Positions 55,741 to 64,000 of a stretch of 64,000 nt of DNA are shown here, one piece after another (the stretch's first letter is position 1; every line of letters starts with the position of its first letter). A program made the position numbers and the translations under genes. The notes under the pieces were generated by a model. That model saw only the letters and a program-made list of their open reading frames with translations, was not told the origin of the DNA and ran no database searches. Source of the stretch: Macrostomum lignano (taxonomy: Eukaryota); NCBI GenBank assembly GCA_002269645.1, contig NIVC01001285.1, forward strand, positions 35,328 to 99,327. Reading direction: 5' to 3'.

Positions 55741-58700
55741 TCTAGTAACCTCAAACTGGCGCTTCTAGTAACCTTAAACTGGCGCTTCTAGTAACCTCAA
55801 ACTGGCGCTTCTAGTAAACTTAAAGTGGCGCTTCTAGTAACCTCAAAGTGGCGCTTCTAGTAACCTCAAAGTGGCGCTTCTAGTAACCTTAAAGTGGCGC
55901 TTCTAGTAACCTTAAAGTGGCGCTTCTAGTAACTTCAAACTGGCGCTTCTAGTAAACTTAAAGTGGCGCTTCTAGTAACCTCAAAGTGGCGCTTCTAGTA
56001 ACCTTAAAGTGGCGCTTCTAGTAACCTTAAAGTGGCGCTTCTAGTAACCTTAAAGTGGCTCTTCTAGTAACTTCAAACTGGCGCTTCTAGTAAACTTAAA
56101 GTGGCGCTTCTAGTAATCTCAAAGTGGCGCTTCTAGTAACCTCAAAGTGGCGCTTCTAGTAACCTTAAAATGGCGCTTCTAGTAACCTTAAAGTGGCGCT
56201 TCTAGTAACCTCAAAGTGGCGCTTCTAGTAAACTCAAACTGGCGCTTCTAGTAACCTCAAACTGGCGCTTCTAGTAACCTCAAACTGGCGCTTCTAGTAA
56301 CCTCAAACTGGCGCTTCTAGTAACCTCAAACTGGCGCTTCTAGTAACCTCAAAGTGGCGCTTCTAGTAACCTCAAACTGGCGCTTCTAGTAACCTCAAAC
56401 TGGCGCTTCTAGTAACCTCAAACTGGCGCTTCTAGTAACCTCAAACTGGCGCTTCTAGTAACCTCAAACTGGCGCTTCTAGTAACCTCAAAGTGGCGCTT
56501 CTAGTAACCTCAAAGTGGCGCTTCTAGTAACCTTAAAATGGCGCTTCTAGTAACCTTAAACTGGCGCTTCTAGTAACCTCAAACTGGCGCTTCTAGTAAC
56601 CTCAAAGTGGCGCTTCTAGTAACCATAAAGTGGCGCTTCTAGTAACCTTAAAGTGGCGCTTCTAGTAACCTTAAACTGGCGCTTCTAGTAACCTCAAACT
56701 GGCGCTTCTAGTAACCTTAAAGTGGAGCTTCTAGTAACCTCAAAGTGGCGCTTCTAGTAACCTCAAAGTGGCGCTTCTAGTAACCTCAAACTGGCGCTTC
56801 TAGTAACCTCAAACTGGCGCTTCTAGTAACCTCAAACTGGCGCTTCTAGTAAACTTAAAGTGGCGCTTCTAGTAACCTCAAACTGGCGCTTCTAGTAAAC
56901 TTAAAGTGGCGCTTCTAGTAACCTCAAACTGGCGCTTCTAGTAAACTTAAAGTGGCGCTTCTAGTAACCTCAAACTGGCGCTTCTAGTAAACTTAAAGTG
57001 GCGCTTCTAGTAAACTTAAAGTGGCGCTTCCAGTAACCTTAAAGTGGCGCTTCTAGTAACCTCAAAGTGGCGCTTCTAGTAACCTTAAAATGGCGCTTCT
57101 AGTAACCTCAAACTGGCGCTTCTAGTAACCTCAAACTGGCGCTTCTAGTAACCTCAAAGTGGCGCTTCTAGTAACCATAAAGTGGCGCTTCTAGTAACCT
57201 TAAAGTGGCGCTTCTAGTAACCTTAAACTGGCGCTTCTAGTAACCTCAAACTGGCGCTTCTAGTAACCTTAAAGTGGAGCTTCTAGTAACCTCAAAGTGG
57301 CGCTTCTAGTAACCTCAAAGTGGCGCTTCTAGTAACCTCAAACTGGCGCTTCTAGAACCTCAAACTGGCGCTTCTAGTAAACTTAAAGTGGCGCTTCTAG
57401 TAACCTCAAACTGGCGCTTCTAGTAAACTTAAAGTGGCGCTTCTAGTAACCTCAAACTGGCGCTTCTAGTAAACTTAAAGTGGCGCTTCTAGTAACCTCA
57501 AACTGGCGCTTCTAGTAAACTTAAAGTGGCGCTTCTAGTAACCTCAAACTGGCGCTTCTAGTAAACTTAAAGTGGCGCTTCTAGTAAACTTAAAGTGGCG
57601 CTTCCAGTAACCTTAAAGTGGCGCTTCTAGTAACCTCAAAGTGGTGCTTCTAGTAACCTCAAACTGGCGCTTCTAGTAACCTCAAACTGGCGCTTCTAGT
57701 AACCTCAAAGTGGCGCTTCTAGTAACCTCAAACTGGCGCTTCTAGTAACCTCAAACTGGCGCTTCTAGTAACCTCAAACTGGCGCTTCTAGTAACCTCAA
57801 AGTGGCGCTTCTAGTAACCTCAAACTGGCGCTTCTAGTAACCTCAAAGTGGCGCTTCTAGTAACCTCAAAGTGGCGCTTCTAGTAACCTTAAAATGGCGC
57901 TTCTAGTAACCTTAAACTGGCGCTTCTAGTAACCTCAAACTGGCGCTTCTAGTAACCTTAAAATGGCGCTTCTAGTAACCTTAAAGTGGCGCTTCTAGTA
58001 ACCTTAAAAAGGCGCTTCCAATAACCTCAAACTGGCGCTTCTAGTAACCTCAAAGTGGCGCTTCTAGTAAACTTAAAGTGGCGCTTCTAGTAACCTCAAA
58101 GTGGTGCTTCTAGTAACCTCAAAGTGGTGCTTCTAGTAACCTCAAAGTGGTGCTTCTAGTAACCTCAAAGTGGCGCTTCTAGTAAACTTAAAGTGGCGCT
58201 TCTAGTAACCTCAAAGTGGTGCTTCTAGTAACCTCAAAGTGGCGCTTCCAGTAACGTCAAAGTGGCGCTTCTAGTAATCTCAAAGTGGTGCTTCTAGTAA
58301 CCTCAAAGTGGCGCTTCTAGTAACCTCAAAGTGGTGCCTCTAGTAACCTCAAAGTGGCGCTTCCAGTAACCTCAAAGTGGCGCTTCTAGTAACCTCAAAC
58401 TGGCGCTTCCAGTAACCTCAAAGTGGAGCTTCTAGTAACCTCAAAGTGGCGTTTCTAGTAACCTCAAACTGGCGCTTCTAGTAACCTTAAAGTGGCGCTT
58501 CTAGTAACCATAAAGTGGCGCTTCTAGTAACCTTAAAGTGGCGCTTCTAGTAACCTTAAAGTGGCGCTTCCAGTAACCTCAAACTGGCGCTTCTAGTAAC
58601 CTCAAAGTGGCGCTTCTAGTAACCATAAAGTGGCGCTTCTAGTAACCTTAAAGTGGCGCTTCTAGTAACCTTAAACTGGCGCTTCTAGTAACCTCAAACT

Positions 58701-59400
58701 GGCGCTTCTAGTAACCTTAAAGTGGAGCTTCTAGTAACCTCAAAGTGGCGCTTCTAGTAACCTCAAAGTGGCGCTTCTAGTAACCTCAAACTGGCGCTTC
58801 TAGTAACCTCAAACTGGCGCTTCTAGTAAACTTAAAGTGGCGCTTCTAGTAACCTCAAACTGGCGCTTCTAGTAAACTTAAAGTGGCGCTTCTAGTAACC
58901 TCAAACTGGCGCTTCTAGTAAACTTAAAGTGGCGCTTCTAGTAACCTCAAAGTGGCGCTTCTAGTAACCTCAAAGTGGCGCTTCTAGTAACCTCAAAGTG
59001 GCGCTTCTAGTAACCTCAAAGTGGCGCTTCTAGTAACCTCAAAGTGGCGCTTCTAGTAACCTCAAAGTGGCGCTTCTAGTAACCTCAAAGTGGCGCTTCT
59101 AGTAACCTCAAAGTGGCGCTTCTAGTAACCTCAAAGTGGCGCTTCTAGTAACCTCAAAGTGGCGCTTCTAGTAACCTCAAACTGGCGCTTCTAGTAACCT
59201 CAAATTGGCGCTTCTAGTAAACTTAAAGTGGCGCTTCTAGTAACCTCAAACTGGCGCTTCTAGTAACCTCAAACTGGCGCTTCTAGTAACCTCAAACTGG
59301 CGCTTCTAGTAAACTTAAAGTGGCGCTTCTAGTAACCTCAAACTGGCGCTTCTAGTAACCTTAAAGTGGCGCTTCTAGTAACCTCAAATTGGCACCTCTC
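55741..59400. repeat. 23 bp satellite (tctagtaacctcaaaStggcgct), about 159 copies
   Basis: tctagta at 55741 and 55764; units degenerate at the right edge (59390-59470). Confidence 0.97.
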
Positions 59401-59869
59401 GTAACTCGAAAGTGGTACCTTTAGTAAGAAAAATAGCGCCCGCTTGTACTCAAAGTAGCGCCGAAAGTACTAAGTTTTCCATGTTAGCAGACGAAGAAAT
59501 TGGACTCAATCGCAGATTCCCTTGAGATTTGTTTCTTGACAAAAACATCAGTCTTTTTATCACGTCTAAGCCATTTTTGTGAGAGAAGATATTTTAATTC
59601 TAAGCACGATCTTGTCGATTTTAATAATTTAATGCCAACTGGAAAAGCGCCACTCTTTGCGGCGCAATTTAAATGAAGCGAATTGAATCCAGAATTTTTT
59701 TTCTGCTTTCTGTTATCTGCAGCTTGTGTTTTGTAGAATGTCTGGGTGACTTTTAAATTCTTTTAAATGGGAGACTTTTTAACGCTTAATCACTGAAGTA
59801 CGAGTATAACTTTTTTTCAATATTTAAAGTACACGTAGATTTTACCACGTCTGTTCAAAATGGATCTTT

Positions 59870-60720
59870 CTTCTCTTCTCTCTCTCCTCTCCTCTCCCCA
59901 TTCTCTCTCCTCTTTTCTCCCCATTCTCTCTCCTCTTTTCTCCCCATTCTCTCTCCTCTTTTCTCCCCATTCTCTCTCCTCTTTTCTCCCCATTCTCTCT
60001 CCTCTCCTCTCCCCATTCTCTCTCCTCTCCTCTCCCCATTCTCTCTCCTCTTTTCTCCCCATTCTCTCTCCTCTCCTCTCCCCATTCTCTCTCCTCTTTT
60101 CTCCCCATTCTCTCTCCTCTTTTCTCCCCATTCTCTCTCCTCTTTTCTCCCCATTCTCTCTCCTCTTTTCTCCCCATTCTCTCTCCTCTCCTCTCCCCAT
60201 TCTCTCTCCTCTCCTCTCCCCATTCTCTCTCCTCTCCTCTCCCCATTCTCTCTCCTCTCCTCTCCCCATTCTCTCTCCTCTTTTCTCCCCATTCTCTCTC
60301 CTCTTTTCTCCCCATTCTCTCTCCTCTTTTCTCCCCATTCTCTCTCCTCTCCTCTCCCCATTCTCTCTCCTCTCCTCTCCCCATTCTCTCTCCTCTTTTC
60401 TCCCCATTCTCTCTCCTCTCCTCTCCCCATTCTCTCTCCTCTCCTCTCCCCATTCTCTCTCCTCTTTTCTCCCCATTCTCTCTCCTCTTTTCTCCCCATT
60501 CTCTCTCCTCTTCTCTCCCCATTCTCTCTCCTCTTCTCTCCCCATTCTCTCTCCTCTTTTCTCCCCATTCTCTCTCCTCTCCTCTCCCCATTCTCTCTCC
60601 TCTTTTCTCCCCATTCTCTCTCCTCTTTTCTCCCCATTCTCTCTCCTCTCCTCTCCCCATTCTCTCTCCTCTTTTCTCTCCTCCCCTCTCTCCCCTTTCC
60701 TGTCTCTCCTCTCCTCTCCT
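59870..60720. repeat. 23 bp polypyrimidine satellite (ctccccattctctctcctctYYt)
   Basis: ccatt at 59921 and 59944; there is one purine per unit on the + strand. Confidence 0.95.
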
Positions 60721-61129
60721 CTCCTCTTCCCATTTTTCTCATCTCTCTCTTCGCTTCTCTCATTTCCTCTCTTCTCTCCATTACTATGCTGTCTTAAATT
60801 CTCTCTCTTCTGCCTTCTCCTTTAAAAAGTACATTTCCAGCCTATTTTAAACCCAATAATTTTATCCTCAATCGCACTTATAGACAGGACTAGCAATCTA
60901 GTGCGGCCCCCCTTCGGGGCGCCCAATAAGAAAGGAGCAAAAATAGTTCATGGAAAACAAAAAAAAAACACATTTTCTTAAACACTAATTCCTTCTTCAC
61001 ATTTTAAAAATCACCTTATTCGTGTAAAATTGTCACGGACTAAGATGTTTGCAAAATTAAAAAATCACATTTTCTCTAAAATTAACAAACAGTCAACAAA
61101 ATATCGTTTCCCTAAATAGAAAATATTCC

Positions 61130-61545
61130 CAAGACAGCAAGCAACCCCCTCCAAAAGTGAACAATCGCAGATAGCAAGCATCCTCTAATGCTCATAGCAA
61201 GAATCACCACAGATAGCAAGCATCTGCAGATTAGCAAGCACCCCCCAGATATTATAGAAGCATCCACCCAGATAGCAAGCATTCTGCAGATAGCAAGCAC
61301 CCCCAGATATTATAGAAGCATTCTGCAGATAGCAAGCACCCCCCAGATATTATAGAAGCATCCACCCAGATAGCAAGCATCCTGCAGATAGCAAGAATCC
61401 CTAAATAGCAAGCATCCTGCAGATAGCAAGAATCCCTGAATAGCAAGCATCCCTGGATAGAAAGAATCCCATGCATGTAGCCAGTACCCCCTCTCCCAAA
61501 TAGCAAGTATCCCCCCTCGAGAGCAAGCATCCACGAGACAGCAAG
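61130..61545. repeat. Degenerate repeat built on agatagcaagcatcc
   Basis: Many copies of gatagcaagca with irregular spacing and short block duplications at 61230-61380. Confidence 0.8.
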
Positions 61546-61654
61546 TAGCTAGTGCAAATGTTACTTCCGCTAATGCAATAATCGCTTTCTCAGGTTGTGC
61601 AACAATCCAAGTCTCAGCGAGCGCAATAATCTCTTTTTTAGACAGCGCAGTAAT

Positions 61655-64000
61655 CAGCTTCTCAGCTAGTGCAATAATGCTTGGTTTATTAATAGCAATA
61701 ATCCTTGATTAATCAAGTGCAATAATCCTTGGTTTATCAAGTGCAATAATCCTTGGTTTATCAAGTGCAGTAATCTTTGGCTTATAAAGTGCAATAATCC
61801 TTGGTTTATCAAGTGCAATAATCCTTTGTTTATCAAGTGCAATAATCCTTGGTTTATCAAGTGCAATAATCCTTGGTTTATTAAGTGCAATAATCCTTGG
61901 TTTATTAAGTGCAATAATCCTTGGTTTATCTAGCGCAGTAATCCTTGGCTTATCAGGTGCAATAATCCTTGGTTTATCAAGTGCAATATTTGTTTATCAA
62001 GTGCAATAATCCTTGGTTTATCAAGTGAAATAATCCTTGGTTTATCAAGTGCAATAATCCTTGGCTTATCAACTGCAATAATCCTTGGTTTATCAAGCGC
62101 AGTAATCTTTGGCCTATCAAGTGCAATAATCCTTGGTTTATCAAGTGCAGTAATCCTTGGCCTATCAAGTGCAATAATCCTTGGTTTATCAAGTGCAATA
62201 ATCCTTGGTTTATCAAGTGTAATAATCCTTGGTTTATCAAGTGCAATAATCCTTGGCTTATCAACTGCAATAATCCTTGGCTTATCAACTGCAATAATCC
62301 TTGGTTTATCAAGTGCAATAATCCTTGGTTTATCAAGCGCAGTAATCCTTGGCCTATCAAGTGCAATAATCCTTGGCTTATCAAGTGCAATAATCCTTGG
62401 TTTATCAAGTGCAATAATCCTTGGTTTATCAAGTGCAGTAATCCTTGGCCTATCAAGTGCAATAATCCTTGGTTTGCCAAGAGCAATAATCCTTAGTTTA
62501 TCGAGTGCAGTAATCCTTAGTTTTCCAAGTGCAGTAATCCTTGGTTTATTAAGAGCAATAATCCTTGGCTTATCGAGTGCAGTAATCCTTGGTTTGCCAA
62601 GAGCAATAATCCTTGGTTTATCAAGTGCAATAATCCTTGGTTTATCAAGTGCAATAATCCTTGGTTTATCAAGTGCAATAATCCTTGGTTTATCAGATGC
62701 AATAATCCTTGGCTTATCAACTGCAATAATCCTTGGTTTATCAAGTGCAATAATCCTTGGCTTATCAAGTGCAATAATCCTTGGTTTATCAAGTGCAATA
62801 ATCCTTGGTTTATCAAGCGCAGTAATCTTTGGCCTATCAAGTGCAATAATCCTTTGTTTATCAAGTGCAATAATCCTTGGTTTATCAAGTGCAATAATCT
62901 TTGGTTTATCAGATGCAATAATCCTTGGCTTATCAACTGCAATAATCATTGGTTTATCAAGTGCAATAATCCTTGGCTTATCAAGTGCAATAATCCTTGG
63001 TTTATCAAGTGCAATAATCCTTGGTTTATCAAGCGCAGTAATTTTTGGCCTATCAAGTGCAATAATCCTTGGTTTATCAAGTGCAGTAATCCTTGGCCTA
63101 TCAAGTGCAATAATCCTTGGTTTATCAAGTGCAATAGTCTTTGGTTTATCGAGTGCAGTAATCCTTAGTTTTCCAAGTGCAGTAATCCTTGGTTTATTAA
63201 GAGCAATAATCCTTGGTTTATCGAGTGGAGTAGTCCTTGGTTTATTAATATCAATAATCCTTGAATAATCCAGTGCATTAATCCTTGGCTTATCAAGTGC
63301 AACATTCTTTACTATCAAGTGCAATAATCCATGGCTTATCAAGTGCAATAATCCTTGGCTTATCAAGTGCAATAATCCTTGGTTTATCAAGTGCAATAAT
63401 CCTTTGTTTATCAAGTGCAATAATCCTTTGTTTATCAAGTGCAATAATCCTTTGTTTATCAAGTGCAATAATCCTTGGTTTATCAAGCGCAGTAATCCTT
63501 GGCTTATCAAGTGCAATAATCCTTGGTTTATCAAGTGCAATAATCCTTGGTTTATCAAGTGCAATAATCCTTGGTTTATCAGATGCAATAATCCTTGGCT
63601 TATCAACTGCAATAATCCTTGGTTTATCAAGTGCAATAATCCTTGGCTTATCAAGTGCAATAATCCTTGGTTTATCAAGTGCAATAATCCTTGGTTTATC
63701 AAGCGCAGTAATCTTTGGCCTATCAAGTGCAATAATCCTTTGTTTATCAAGTGCAATAATCCTTGGTTTATCAAGTGCAATAATCTTTGGTTTATCAGAT
63801 GCAATAATCCTTGGCTTATCAACTGCAATAATCATTGGTTTATCAAGTGCAATAATCCTTGGCTTATCAAGTGCAATAATCCTTGGTTTATCAAGTGCAA
63901 TAATCCTTGGTTTATCAAGCGCAGTAATTTTTGGCCTATCAAGTGCAATAATCCTTGGTTTATCAAGTGCAGTAATCCTTGGCCTATCAAGTGCAATAAT
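61655..64000. repeat. 24 bp satellite (aagtgcaataatccttggtttatc), about 97 copies, continues past the window end
   Basis: The 8-residue period in all frames (LDKPRIIA, HLINQGLL, SSAIILGL) reflects the 24 bp unit. Confidence 0.97.

Noticed and set aside
50869-64000. CRISPR arrays
   Set aside because: The repeats are head-to-tail with no unique spacers, there are no cas genes, and the context is eukaryotic.
49849-64000. Long low-complexity ORFs (GAPGA, QHQGR, SPTLSHRL, GERMGRKEE, LDKPRIIA, HLINQGLL)
   Set aside because: They are open in several frames and on both strands because the repeat units lack stops. They have no splice signals or unique flanking coding sequence, and GAPGA is not a Gly-X-Y collagen.

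Overview
Eukaryotic (animal, probably invertebrate) genomic DNA with GT-AG introns; no prokaryotic features and no CRISPR array. Left part (0.7-21 kb): a decayed ankyrin-repeat gene, then a head-to-head pair of paralogous secreted PAN/Apple + F-type (fucose-binding) lectin genes. Each lectin gene is interrupted in its first exon by a different young non-LTR retrotransposon (APE-RT-RNaseH-CCHC, LOA/R1-like) with a perfect 12-13 bp TSD. A 5'-truncated copy of the second family is nested inside the first. 21.5-30.7 kb: a complete 9.2 kb CMC/EnSpm (CACTA-type) DNA transposon with 13 bp TIRs, a TAT TSD, a transposase and a multi-exon second gene. 34.4-41.1 kb: a giant ankyrin-repeat exon spliced to a pseudokinase exon with MLKL-like catalytic-loop substitutions, frameshifted by a perfect 80 bp duplication that contains a proto-splice site. 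43.9-48.3 kb: a second head-to-head paralogue pair (multi-pass membrane proteins) differing in intron content, with a tRNA-derived SINE in one intron. 50-64 kb: a mosaic of about eight unrelated satellite arrays whose long ORFs are artefacts. All calls were made by eye from the sequence; no searches were run.
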